From an uncultured Gemmatimonadales bacterium (lineage in GTDB: Bacteria; Gemmatimonadota; Gemmatimonadetes; Gemmatimonadales; Gemmatimonadaceae), in assembly GCA_963850905.1 (NCBI GenBank), contig CAWKMU010000003.1:2272001-2336000 (forward strand): a stretch of DNA of 64,000 bases, read 5' to 3'. Positions 10,350-19,427 of the stretch are shown here, one piece after another; position 1 is the first letter of the stretch; each line of letters starts with the position of its first letter. The position numbers and the translations under genes were made by a program. The notes beneath the pieces were generated by a model, which saw only the letters and a list, made by a program, of their open reading frames with translations, was not told the DNA's origin and did no database searches.

Positions 10350-11477
10350 CTGATCGACGTCGCCCCAGTCCGCTCCGGTGCAGAGCGGCGGGAGTTTATA
10401 GAGCTGCCATACCGGCTCTATCGCGATGATCCGCTCTGGGTGCCGCCGCTGCGGCGCGACGTGGCAGATCTATTGAACCCCCGCCATCCCTTTCATCAGC
10501 ACGCGCAGGTCGAGCTATTCCTCGCGCGTGACGATCGGGGACGCATCGTCGGCCGGATTGCTGCTGCAAAGAACGACGCCCATCTGGCTCAGCATCACGA
10601 CGGCGCGGGATTCTTCGGCTTCTTCGAGACGGAGCGAGATCCCGCCATCTCACCGACGATGTTCGACGCGGCCGCCACGTGGCTGCGTGAACGTGGCCTG
10701 ACCGTCATGCGCGGACCCGCCAGCTTTTCGGTGAACGAGGAGTGTGGGCTGTTGGTCCGCGGGTTCGATACGCCTCCTGCCCTCATGATGCCTCACAATC
10801 CGCCGTGGTACGCGGACGTTATCGAGGGCTATGGCTTCGCCAAGGCGAAAGACCTGATTGCGTACTGGCTACCTGATGCGCAGGTGCCCGAGCGCGTGGA
10901 ACGCGTGGCTGACGCGCTCGCGAAGCGGCATGAGATCGTGATTCGTCCGCTCAACATGAAGGATTTCGACGCCGAGGTTGCGCGCATCCGGTCACTGTAC
11001 AACGAGGGGTGGCAGGCGAACTGGGGCAACGTCCCAATGACGGATGCCGAGTTCACGCACATGGCGAAGCAGTTCAAGCCTGTCGCGGTGCCTGGAATGG
11101 TGCTCTTCGCTTATGTCCGAGGCAAGCTCGCTGGGTTCGCCTTGGCCCTGCCTGACTTCAACGTCGCGTTGCGCCACATGAAGGGCCGCCTCCTCCCCTT
11201 CGGGTGGGCGCTCGCTCTGTGGTACCAGCGAAAGATTGACCGGGGCCGCGTACTGACCCTCGGCGTGTTGCCGCAGTTTCAACGGACCGGCGCTGCCGAT
11301 CTCCTCTATCTCACGCTCATCAAGAACGCGAAGGCCAAAGGATTCGTCTGCGGCGAGGCGTCGTGGATTCTCGAGGACAACGCGCTCATGCGGGTGCCGA
11401 TCGAACGGGTGGGCGGCGAGGCGTACAAGACGTACCGCTTGTACGACAAGGCGATCGGAGCTCCGGCATCGCGTTGA
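10350..11477 (+). CDS. Bacterial ceramide synthase-like GNAT acyltransferase; proposed CTG start
   Basis: FIELPYRLYRDDPLWVPPL, GRIAA, GFFGFFE, NEECGLLVRGF, MMPHNPPWY, EASWILEDN, YKTYRLY are typical of the bCerS family; GGAGG at 10340-10344. Confidence 0.75.
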   Translation: MIDVAPVRSGAERREFIELPYRLYRDDPLWVPPLRRDVADLLNPRHPFHQHAQVELFLARDDRGRIVGRIAAAKNDAHLAQHHDGAGFFGFFETERDPAISPTMFDAAATWLRERGLTVMRGPASFSVNEECGLLVRGFDTPPALMMPHNPPWYADVIEGYGFAKAKDLIAYWLPDAQVPERVERVADALAKRHEIVIRPLNMKDFDAEVARIRSLYNEGWQANWGNVPMTDAEFTHMAKQFKPVAVPGMVLFAYVRGKLAGFALALPDFNVALRHMKGRLLPFGWALALWYQRKIDRGRVLTLGVLPQFQRTGAADLLYLTLIKNAKAKGFVCGEASWILEDNALMRVPIERVGGEAYKTYRLYDKAIGAPASR

Positions 11478-11489
11478 TCACCCGCGCCC

Positions 11490-12470
11490 GTGAATGATGT
11501 GCAGCCAGTCGAGGCGGTCGTCACGGGCGCGACCGGGTTTGTCGGCAGCCATCTGGTCGAGGCGCTCCTCGCTCGCGGTGATCGAGTCCGATGCCTGACG
11601 CGCCCCACGAGCGACCGTCGTTGGCTCCCGCCGCAGGTCACGCAGATTCCCGGTAGCCTGGACGACGTCGACACACTCGCGAAGGCGGTCGCCGGCGTCG
11701 ACGTGGTCTACCACTTGGCGGCCGTCACCTCGACCGCACACCCCGCGGACTACGACCACACGAACCGCGGCGGGGTCGTCCGCCTCCTCACAGCGCTCGC
11801 CGCGCGGGCGCCTGCCGCCCGGCTCGTGTTCTGCTCCAGTCTCGCCGCCGGAGGCCCAGCCCGCGCGGGACGTCCGCTAACGGAAACCGATCCACCGTCG
11901 CCCGTCGGTCCCTACGGCGTCTCGAAGGCTCGGGCTGAGCAGGAGATCGCAACGGCTCGCATCGACGCGGTGATCATCCGCCCTCCGGCCGTCTATGGTC
12001 CCCGTGACCGCGATGTGCTCGCGGCGTTTCGCCTGGCATCGCGTGGTCTTGCGGTGCGGACTGGCCCGCCCGCGCAGCAGCTCGCGCTGGTGCACGTGGC
12101 AGACCTGGTGCGCGCGCTCGTGAGCGCAGGCTACACACCTCGTGCGAACGGCCTCTATTACGTGAACGGCGGAAATCACAGCTGGGAGGACATCGTCTCC
12201 GCAATGGGCGATGCGGTCGGGCGGCGCCCTCGCGTCATCCCGGTGCCGGCGCCGTTCGTGCGCGGTGCCGGGCACGCCGCCCGGATCTGGGCGCGCATCA
12301 CGGGCGCAAAACCGTTGCTGACCCCGGAACGCTCGTGGGATCTCGTCCAGCAATCCTGGACATGTGATGATGCCCGCGCGCGCGGCGACCTGCACTACCA
12401 ACCACAGGTCGGACTCGCCGAGGGAATGCGCGTGACCGCTGCGTGGTATCGCGAGCAGGGCTGGCTCTAG
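11490..12470 (+). CDS. NAD(P)-dependent extended SDR, probable ceramide reductase (CerR-like)
   Basis: TGATGFVG nucleotide-binding motif, YGVSK catalytic motif, RPPAVYGPRD; position after spt and bCerS. Confidence 0.7.
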   Translation: MNDVQPVEAVVTGATGFVGSHLVEALLARGDRVRCLTRPTSDRRWLPPQVTQIPGSLDDVDTLAKAVAGVDVVYHLAAVTSTAHPADYDHTNRGGVVRLLTALAARAPAARLVFCSSLAAGGPARAGRPLTETDPPSPVGPYGVSKARAEQEIATARIDAVIIRPPAVYGPRDRDVLAAFRLASRGLAVRTGPPAQQLALVHVADLVRALVSAGYTPRANGLYYVNGGNHSWEDIVSAMGDAVGRRPRVIPVPAPFVRGAGHAARIWARITGAKPLLTPERSWDLVQQSWTCDDARARGDLHYQPQVGLAEGMRVTAAWYREQGWL

Positions 12471-12486
12471 GGCCGCGGTTGCTTCC

Positions 12487-13533
12487 TCACGATTCCGTCG
12501 GGCTACCGCGGGCTGGCTGCGGCTTGGTCGGTTGGCCGCGTTTGAGTACCAATGCCACGGTGAGACCGATCCCGATCCAGGCCAGCTCCCGGAGCCGCGT
12601 GATCACGCCGGTATAAACTCCCAGTGCTGGTGACAGCCCCAGCAACGAGTACGCGAAGGTGATGCCGCCTTCTCGAGATCCGAGCTCGAAGGGCACGAAG
12701 ATGAACAGGATGATGGCCAGCTGCGAGATCGCACCGATGAGAAAGGCGGTGGCGTAGCTGATGCGAAGGCCTTCAGTGTGTGCGACGATGTAGAACTCGA
12801 GCATCGCGATACATCGCCCGAGGACCTCGAACAGCACCGCCACGATGAGGCGAGGTCGCTCGCCAACCGTCAGTTCCGCCATCTGCTCATCGATGTGCGC
12901 GAGCGTATGACGAAAGCGTTCGGCGCGCGGCGCCAGACGTCGGAGCAGTGGGAGGTGGTGGAGTGCGTCGAGCGCTCGCTCCACGAATCCATGGCGAAAG
13001 AGGAGGAGGAGGAAACAGCACACCCCGATGAGCACGAGCCCCGTCACGAGCAGCACCACCCGTACGGCCACCGTGTGCGGCAGCAGGATCCACCCGATGG
13101 GAAGTGCGAGGAGCCAGAAGATCATCTGTCCGAGGGTGTGCGTCACCCGGAAGCTGACAACCGAGGCTGCCGCGCGGTCGGGTCCAATCCAATCGGCGGC
13201 TTGCGCGAGCTTGAGCGGCTCGCCCCCGAGCGCCACAAAGGGCGTCGCGTAGTTGATCGCGAAGCTCGCGACGCTGATGGCGTACGCCTGAAGAAAGGGG
13301 ATGCGATCGTGGGTTCCGCCGCGGCCTTGTCGGGCGGCCGTCGCACCGATGAGCGCGGACCACGCGATCGTATTGCTGACGTACACGACGGCCCAGACAC
13401 CCACGATGGCCAAGAACGCCCATCGGGCATGCTGCAAGGTCGCGATGAGGCCACCGACACCGGCCTGTAGGACCAGGACGACGAAGAAGATGAGACCCGC
13501 GACGAGAATGAGCAGTCGCGCCGCGCGGCTCAT
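12487..13533 (-). CDS. Lysylphosphatidylglycerol synthase TM-domain / flippase-like membrane protein
   Basis: About 8 TM helices; FAINYATPFVALGGEPLK and PFELGSREGG motifs. Confidence 0.8.
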   Translation of the reverse strand: MSRAARLLILVAGLIFFVVLVLQAGVGGLIATLQHARWAFLAIVGVWAVVYVSNTIAWSALIGATAARQGRGGTHDRIPFLQAYAISVASFAINYATPFVALGGEPLKLAQAADWIGPDRAAASVVSFRVTHTLGQMIFWLLALPIGWILLPHTVAVRVVLLVTGLVLIGVCCFLLLLFRHGFVERALDALHHLPLLRRLAPRAERFRHTLAHIDEQMAELTVGERPRLIVAVLFEVLGRCIAMLEFYIVAHTEGLRISYATAFLIGAISQLAIILFIFVPFELGSREGGITFAYSLLGLSPALGVYTGVITRLRELAWIGIGLTVALVLKRGQPTKPQPARGSPTES

Positions 13534-13542
13534 CGGCGTGTG

Positions 13543-14625
13543 TTAGTCGAGGGTGACTCGGGTGCCGGTCGCGGCGGCGGTGTACGCGGCCTCGAGCACG
13601 CGCGCGACGCGGTCGATTTCATCGAGCGCTTCCGGGGCGCCGCCCCGGTCGAGGGCATCCGCGAAGGTTCCGAAGAGCGCGGCAAACCAACCGGCGTAGG
13701 ATCGTTTGTCCAGCTGCGATGAGAAATCGAGTGGCTCGCCCGGGTGCCCGGCGCGTTCCAGGGTGAGGACCCCACCCTGCCAGTCGATGCTGCCCCGATC
13801 GCCGATGAATCGCACGCGATTCTCGCGGTGTGTGGCGGCCCACGTCAACATCATCGTCGCGATGCGGTCTGGAAACTCGATGATGAGCTCCGCCGTGTCC
13901 TCAACACTATACTCACGATGGCGCAACCGGCCGGTCCATGCACGAACAGCCGTGGGCATCGCACCGGCCGCGTCGAGCAGCGAATACAGCAGGTGTGTGC
14001 CGTGGTCGAGCAGGATCCCGCCGGCTCCCTCGGCCGCGACTGTGCGCCACGGGCGCGCCGCTTCGCTGCGCCCCGCATCCGCCGCAGGGCGATACACCGA
14101 GAGTTCGGCGAGGTGCCAGTGCCCAATCACACCGTCGCGCAGCCAGCGTTGCATCTGTTGCCAGGCTGGGTTGAAGCGGTGCTGATGACACGGTATCACG
14201 ATGCGCTGTGCCCGACGGGCAGCCACCGCGATCGCACTTGCCTCGGCGCGTGTGGTCGCGACTGGCTTCTCGCACAACACGTGCAGCCCATTGTCCAGGG
14301 CCCATAACGTCGTGGCGAGATGGAGACCGGTCGGCGTGCATACGTCGACGAAATCGATCGGGGCAAACGCGTTCAGGCCTCCCCGATCCGGGATGACCGG
14401 GATATCCGCGTCGCCCTGCGCACCCGGGGCCGGGTCGACCGCGACCACGATCGCCAGCCGCTCTCGCAGGCGAGGATCCTGGCGCGCGCCCGGAAGGTGG
14501 GAGTTGCGCGCCACCCCTCCAAACCCGATGAGCGCCCCACGGTACACGTCGCGCGTTACCGCCGAACGGTGAACCGCCCCGCTGCGCGGCGCGGGCGCGG
14601 ACGCGCCCGCGACGGCATCACTCAC
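13543..14625 (-). CDS. Gfo/Idh/MocA-family NAD(P) oxidoreductase
   Basis: LIGFGGVA, HVLCEKP, GGILLDHGTH; GTG start overlaps the upstream stop. Confidence 0.85.
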   Translation of the reverse strand: MSDAVAGASAPAPRSGAVHRSAVTRDVYRGALIGFGGVARNSHLPGARQDPRLRERLAIVVAVDPAPGAQGDADIPVIPDRGGLNAFAPIDFVDVCTPTGLHLATTLWALDNGLHVLCEKPVATTRAEASAIAVAARRAQRIVIPCHQHRFNPAWQQMQRWLRDGVIGHWHLAELSVYRPAADAGRSEAARPWRTVAAEGAGGILLDHGTHLLYSLLDAAGAMPTAVRAWTGRLRHREYSVEDTAELIIEFPDRIATMMLTWAATHRENRVRFIGDRGSIDWQGGVLTLERAGHPGEPLDFSSQLDKRSYAGWFAALFGTFADALDRGGAPEALDEIDRVARVLEAAYTAAATGTRVTLD

Positions 14626-15616
14626 CGCCAATGGCGCGAGCGGGAGCCGCCGGGGAGGCGGACCGGGTGCGATCCAAGACACGCAGCGCGTTGTCCGCCC
14701 CGCGTTCCTGCGCGTGAATCAGCCAGAGCAAGATCGCGTTCATCGGTGCGATGGTCATCCACAGCAAGCCGGCCGGCCATCCGGCAACTGCAGTGACGCC
14801 CAGAATGATGAACCGGAAGTTCTGACCGAGCCACGCGCAGTGTCTGAGCAGCGGCGCGACCTCGGCCCGGTAGTAGCCGGCGGCCGGTCCCCGACCCTCT
14901 TGCCGCGTGGCGCGCAGCAGCGCGACGGTGCGGGGAAACATGCTCGCCTGTCGACGGTTGTACGTCTCGTATATCCGTACGCCGACGCGACGCAGCCACG
15001 ATCCGTTGCCGAACTGCCTCGTCGCGCCTTCCATATCGAGCTCGCTGCCCCGTCCGACGGCCAACGCCAGGAAAGCGTGGCGGATGAAGTCGATCGCCGA
15101 GCTCTGAAAGGACTGGCTGACCGCTGCCGCAGTGACCAGTGCAGTCGCCCCGAGCCAGCTCCAGTGCTGCGCCAGGACGAGGCGAATGAGCAGGTGCACG
15201 GCTAGATTGATGAACCGCGCGGCGTCCGAGGTGCCATCCAGGATGCGACCGAGTGGCGTCGACGTCCCCCGGAGGCGTGCAAGCTGCCCATCAGCGCTGT
15301 CAAAGATGTCGGAGATGATGAAGAGCACGAACCCGGTCGCATTGAGCCAGGGACTCGCGTACACGAACAGATGGCCGGCGACGAGGCCAATGAGGAGACT
15401 CAGGAACGTGACCTGATCCGCCGTGACCCACGTCCGCGACAACCGGTGCGCGATGCGGGCACCGATGGGGCGGAAGAAGTGAAGATCGAGCCACTCCTCG
15501 ACCTCGTCGCCCTTCGTCGCGAGGGGATTGGCGCCCGGACCGGGTAACCGCGGGTCTGGGCGGGTATGAAGCGCGGGGCGGCGGGACCGGCCCGACGCCG
15601 TCGAGCAATGCGTCAT
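14618..15616 (-). CDS. CDP-alcohol phosphotransferase
   Basis: Signature DIFDSADGQLARLRGTSTPLGRILDGTSD. Confidence 0.9.
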   Translation of the reverse strand: MTHCSTASGRSRRPALHTRPDPRLPGPGANPLATKGDEVEEWLDLHFFRPIGARIAHRLSRTWVTADQVTFLSLLIGLVAGHLFVYASPWLNATGFVLFIISDIFDSADGQLARLRGTSTPLGRILDGTSDAARFINLAVHLLIRLVLAQHWSWLGATALVTAAAVSQSFQSSAIDFIRHAFLALAVGRGSELDMEGATRQFGNGSWLRRVGVRIYETYNRRQASMFPRTVALLRATRQEGRGPAAGYYRAEVAPLLRHCAWLGQNFRFIILGVTAVAGWPAGLLWMTIAPMNAILLWLIHAQERGADNALRVLDRTRSASPAAPARAIGGE

Positions 15617-17004
15617 GCCCCGATCCGCTCCGCCGTTTCCTGCAGGACCTGCTTCATCGTTGCAAGCGCTTCCATCGCCTCAGCCTCGCGGATGACCAGC
15701 GGCGGATTGATCCGCACCTCTGGATTGTAGATCATCGCCAATACCCCGCGACTCAGCAGCGTGTCGAAGATCCACCGCGTCTGATCCTTGGGCAGTAGTC
15801 GGTCGGTCCCTGGAACGACCAGATCCATCCCGATCATGAGACCGCGCCCGCGCACGCCGTGCACGATGGGGATCGTCCGTTCCCACGATTTCATCTCGGC
15901 GAGCATTCGCGCACCGAGGGACCGACTGTGCTCGACCAGTCCTTCCTCGAGAATCGTCTCGATGGCCACGCGCGCAGCCGCGGCGGCGAGCGGGTTGCCG
16001 CCATAGCTCGACGAGCTCCCGCTCGGATTGGCCCACGGCTTCGCGTGGGCCACGGTCTCGCGGGCGATCAGTCCGGTCATCGGGAAGCCGCCGCCGAATC
16101 CCTTGCCGATCGTCATGATATCGGGCACGATCGCGTCATGCTCGACCGCGAACATGGTGCCGGTGCGACCGAATCCCGTGAGCATCTCGTCCGCGATGAG
16201 CACTGCACCGATCTTGTCCGCGAGTGCCCGGAGGACGCGCAGATAGCCGGGCGGTGGCACGATGTTCCCGGCGGTACCCTGAATCGGTTCGACGATGATC
16301 GCCGCGACGTCGTTCGTCGTCTCGAGCTCGATCTTGCGACGGAGAAACTCGACGCAGTGCCACTCGCACGACGGGAACGTCTTGTCGAAGGCACACCGAG
16401 CGCACGACGCGTACGGCGCGCTGTACTCTCCCGGCATGAGCGGCCCGAGCGCGTGCTTGAAGTTCGATCCGAGCAAAGGGAGCACGCCCGCCGTCTTGCC
16501 GTGAAACCCGCCCCAGAAGCCGATGACCTCGGTCTTCCCCGTATAGGACTTTGCCAGCCGCAACGCGGATTCGACCGCTTCCGCTCCGCTGCTGTACAAC
16601 TGAGTGCGCGAGAGGTCGCCGGGCGTCACCTCGGCGATCAGCTTGACGAGCGCCGCGCGGTTCTCCGACGTGAAGCTGCCGACGTGGATCCGCGCCACCT
16701 GCCGCTGGACCGCGGCAACAAATTTGGGGTGGGCGTAACCCAGGCTCGCCACGCCGACGCCTGCGAGCAAGTCGATGTACCGCTTGCCGTCCACGTCAAC
16801 CAGCACCGCCCCCTCGCCGTGGTCGATGCACAGCTTGCTGAAGAGCGCGACGCTCTGGGTGCCCGGCGCGAGGAACTCCGCCTCAGCATCAAACAGGGCT
16901 ACGGACCGGGGACCGGCGGCACGCGGCGGTGTGGGCGGGGTCGTCGGGCGAAGTCGGGGCTCGGCGAGCGCCGTCGGTTGCTGCGTCACGTTGCGGATAC
17001 TCAA
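15613..17004 (-). CDS. Class III PLP-dependent aminotransferase
   Basis: SGAEAVE, FHGKT, IIVEPIQG, IADEMLTGFGRTG, DIMTIGKGFGGG. Confidence 0.9.
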   Translation of the reverse strand: MSIRNVTQQPTALAEPRLRPTTPPTPPRAAGPRSVALFDAEAEFLAPGTQSVALFSKLCIDHGEGAVLVDVDGKRYIDLLAGVGVASLGYAHPKFVAAVQRQVARIHVGSFTSENRAALVKLIAEVTPGDLSRTQLYSSGAEAVESALRLAKSYTGKTEVIGFWGGFHGKTAGVLPLLGSNFKHALGPLMPGEYSAPYASCARCAFDKTFPSCEWHCVEFLRRKIELETTNDVAAIIVEPIQGTAGNIVPPPGYLRVLRALADKIGAVLIADEMLTGFGRTGTMFAVEHDAIVPDIMTIGKGFGGGFPMTGLIARETVAHAKPWANPSGSSSSYGGNPLAAAAARVAIETILEEGLVEHSRSLGARMLAEMKSWERTIPIVHGVRGRGLMIGMDLVVPGTDRLLPKDQTRWIFDTLLSRGVLAMIYNPEVRINPPLVIREAEAMEALATMKQVLQETAERIGA

Positions 17005-17900
17005 GCGGGAGAGTGGGACAGATGGGACGCGGCGTAGGCCGCGATATGACGGGCGGCTTCCGCGCGGAAGGGCGCGAAACTCGGCCAGTCGTTGAGATCG
17101 ATCAGCACCGGCTCATCACGTGCCGGCAAGGCGACATCGCCGCCAAAAACATCGAGTCTCAGCTCCTGCGCCGCCGCGAAAGCTAGCGCGCGCAAACGCT
17201 CCTCGTCGACGTCGGGACGTGGACCGCCGGGACCGGCGTCGGCGCCATAATACTGGAAGAACTGCCCGTCGGCGACTCCATAGAACTTGACAACGGGCCC
17301 CGGGACATGCTCCTGCAGCGCAACGCGCGCAATGCCGCGACCCCCGAATGCCGCGATGGCGTGGCGCAGGTCGTCGCGCGTCACCGCGACGACGTCCGCC
17401 GCGCATTCGGCGTGGACATCTCCGCGCTTCACCCAGACTGCCCGCCCGTCGGCTCCGAAGCCATCGAGCTCCGGATCGCCCGCCGTAGCGACGACCGCCG
17501 TGCGTGGAAAGGCGACCCGTCGGTGGGCGAGGATATTCACCAGGCGGTGGCGATGGCACCCGAGCACGCTCGACGGGCGATTGATGAGGCGCACCCCCGA
17601 CGCTTCGGCCTCGAGGAGGCGCTCGGAGGCATCCGGACCCTGGCACATGTTGAGCACGACGTCCGCACCGCGAAGCACATCCGCGGACAGAGTCCCTCGG
17701 ACGACGTCGGACTCGGATGCGCGGGTGGTGAGCCAACCCAGTTCCTCGAGGCACGCGACCGTGGCGTCCAGAATCGCCTCATCGTTCGCGCGGTGTTGAT
17801 TGGGCGAATATGACGGCTGACGGTACAGCGCGACCGCTCGCTGGCCCGTGGCCATCACGGGCTTCGACCCGGGCGAGCCGTCCAAATTGCGCTCACTCAT
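17001..17900 (-). CDS. ATP-grasp fold protein, possible inositol-phosphate-kinase-like enzyme
   Basis: WVKRGD, LQEHVPG, VKFYGV, DVFGGDV, IDLNDWPSF. Confidence 0.6.
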   Translation of the reverse strand: MSERNLDGSPGSKPVMATGQRAVALYRQPSYSPNQHRANDEAILDATVACLEELGWLTTRASESDVVRGTLSADVLRGADVVLNMCQGPDASERLLEAEASGVRLINRPSSVLGCHRHRLVNILAHRRVAFPRTAVVATAGDPELDGFGADGRAVWVKRGDVHAECAADVVAVTRDDLRHAIAAFGGRGIARVALQEHVPGPVVKFYGVADGQFFQYYGADAGPGGPRPDVDEERLRALAFAAAQELRLDVFGGDVALPARDEPVLIDLNDWPSFAPFRAEAARHIAAYAASHLSHSPA

Positions 17901-18633
17901 CCTCTGCCCCGAGCCATGCGTTTGCGAGCTCCAAGTCCTGTCGGCGGTCGACGTCGACGATGCGTGTCACCTCGACCGTCGCGACGCGTGCGCCTTCGTC
18001 GACGAGCCGGCTGAGGAAGCCGCGCATTCGGCTGATGCCTTCACGCCGCGCACGAGCTGCCTCTGCGCGCGCAGCGACGCCGAAGGCGTAGACGCCGCCC
18101 GTCACGCACGGCGGTGACGCGGGCGCGTCGCCGAGGCGTCGCACGATACCTGCCGGGTCGCGCTCGACCCACAACGGTCGTTCGTCGTCGACGAAGGGGG
18201 TGACGGCAAGGACGGCGTCCGCACCGGCGGCGAGCAAGTCGGTCGCCGCCGTGTACACGACATGCCAATCCCGGTTTCGCATCACGGTGTCCACCATCGT
18301 GCAGAACACGTCCCCTGGGGGCACGGTCGCCAACCCGTCGACGAGCGTATGCAGCGAGGATGGCGTGCGGCATAGCACCACACGCACCGCGGTCGACCCG
18401 AGCTCCGCCACCCCATCGAGCAGGGCCCGCATGCCATGCGCCGCGCTCGCGCTGGCGTCCCCGGCGCTGTCGCGCAGCATGCAGGTGATCGTCGGGCAGC
18501 CCAGGTCGTGCAGCGTCCCAACGAGACGTACCAGCTGCGGCCGACCAGCGATCGCGACCGCGGCTTTGGGTCCATCGACGCCGTCGGCGGCAAGGCGCGA
18601 CCCCGTGCCCCCGGCCAGAATCAAGCCATGCAT
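17893..18633 (-). CDS. NTP transferase (nucleotidyltransferase)
   Basis: GLILAGGTGSRL...PKA N-terminal motif; IVDVDRRQDL C-terminal motif. Confidence 0.85.
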   Translation of the reverse strand: MHGLILAGGTGSRLAADGVDGPKAAVAIAGRPQLVRLVGTLHDLGCPTITCMLRDSAGDASASAAHGMRALLDGVAELGSTAVRVVLCRTPSSLHTLVDGLATVPPGDVFCTMVDTVMRNRDWHVVYTAATDLLAAGADAVLAVTPFVDDERPLWVERDPAGIVRRLGDAPASPPCVTGGVYAFGVAARAEAARARREGISRMRGFLSRLVDEGARVATVEVTRIVDVDRRQDLELANAWLGAEDE

Positions 18634-19379
18634 CGCTGTCGTCCCGCGTGGGTCGACGCGCCAGCCGTCTCGAGGACGGCCGTGAGCTGCGCTAAGGATT
18701 CGAGTCGGACTGTCGGGGGGACACCCGGCGGCACCGCGCGATCAGCCGGTGTCAGCCACGCGGTGCGCATGCCCAACTGCTGCGCCGGTCGAATGTCGGC
18801 CTGGAAATTGTCGCCGACCATCCAGGCTCGGTCAGGCGGTACGCCCAACGCCTCCAACGTGGTCGTGAACGGGAGCAGGTCGGGCTTCGCGGTCCCGAGG
18901 ACCCCCGAGTCCGTGACGACGTCGAACAAATCGGCGATCGCCACCTCTTCGAGGCATGGGCGCAGATTTCCAGTGAAGTTCGACACCACGCCGAGGCGAT
19001 AGCGCGTGCGCAACGCGGCCAGGATGGGTCGGTTGCGCGCGATCACCGCTACCGCGTCGCCGTGAACTCGATCAGCTATATCATGCACATCCATCGCGGA
19101 TCCGTCGGGAAGCAAGGTACAGAGAATCGCGGCCTGAGCGTCGATCATGCCGCGCAGGCCGAGGGCACGAATGCCCGTGTGCGTCTCGAGACGGCGGTCC
19201 GACAGGCTGAACAACGGATCAAATGCCTCAAAACTGAGGCGACCGCCGCCGCGCGCGTATGCCGCGTGGAATCGGACACTCCAGCGCACGCCATCGGCGT
19301 CCAGCGTACCGCCAAAATCGAATAACACCGCACCGCGAGAGTCCCTCGCGCGCTCATCACCAGCATCGACCAGGACCAC
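18621..19379 (-). CDS. HAD-family hydrolase (DxG motif I variant)
   Basis: VLFDFGGTLD, VVSNF, KPD, MVGDNFQADI; start placed at the GTG downstream of the predicted promoter. Confidence 0.85.
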   Translation of the reverse strand: MVLVDAGDERARDSRGAVLFDFGGTLDADGVRWSVRFHAAYARGGGRLSFEAFDPLFSLSDRRLETHTGIRALGLRGMIDAQAAILCTLLPDGSAMDVHDIADRVHGDAVAVIARNRPILAALRTRYRLGVVSNFTGNLRPCLEEVAIADLFDVVTDSGVLGTAKPDLLPFTTTLEALGVPPDRAWMVGDNFQADIRPAQQLGMRTAWLTPADRAVPPGVPPTVRLESLAQLTAVLETAGASTHAGRQRCMA

Positions 19380-19398
19380 TCCGGGCGAACACCACAAT

Positions 19399-19427
19399 AC
19401 TGTATCGTAACCGTAACATCCGGGCAA
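19399..19427 (-). promoter_or_regulatory. Putative sigma70 promoter of the head-group operon
   Basis: Minus strand TTGCCC-17 bp-TACAGT; the spacer contains GTTACG twice in tandem. Confidence 0.5.

Noticed and set aside
9038..11477. Spt-bCerS fusion by frameshift
   Set aside because: Spt ends with a normal C-terminus (GLGVI-stop) and the downstream gene has its own SD-like sequence.
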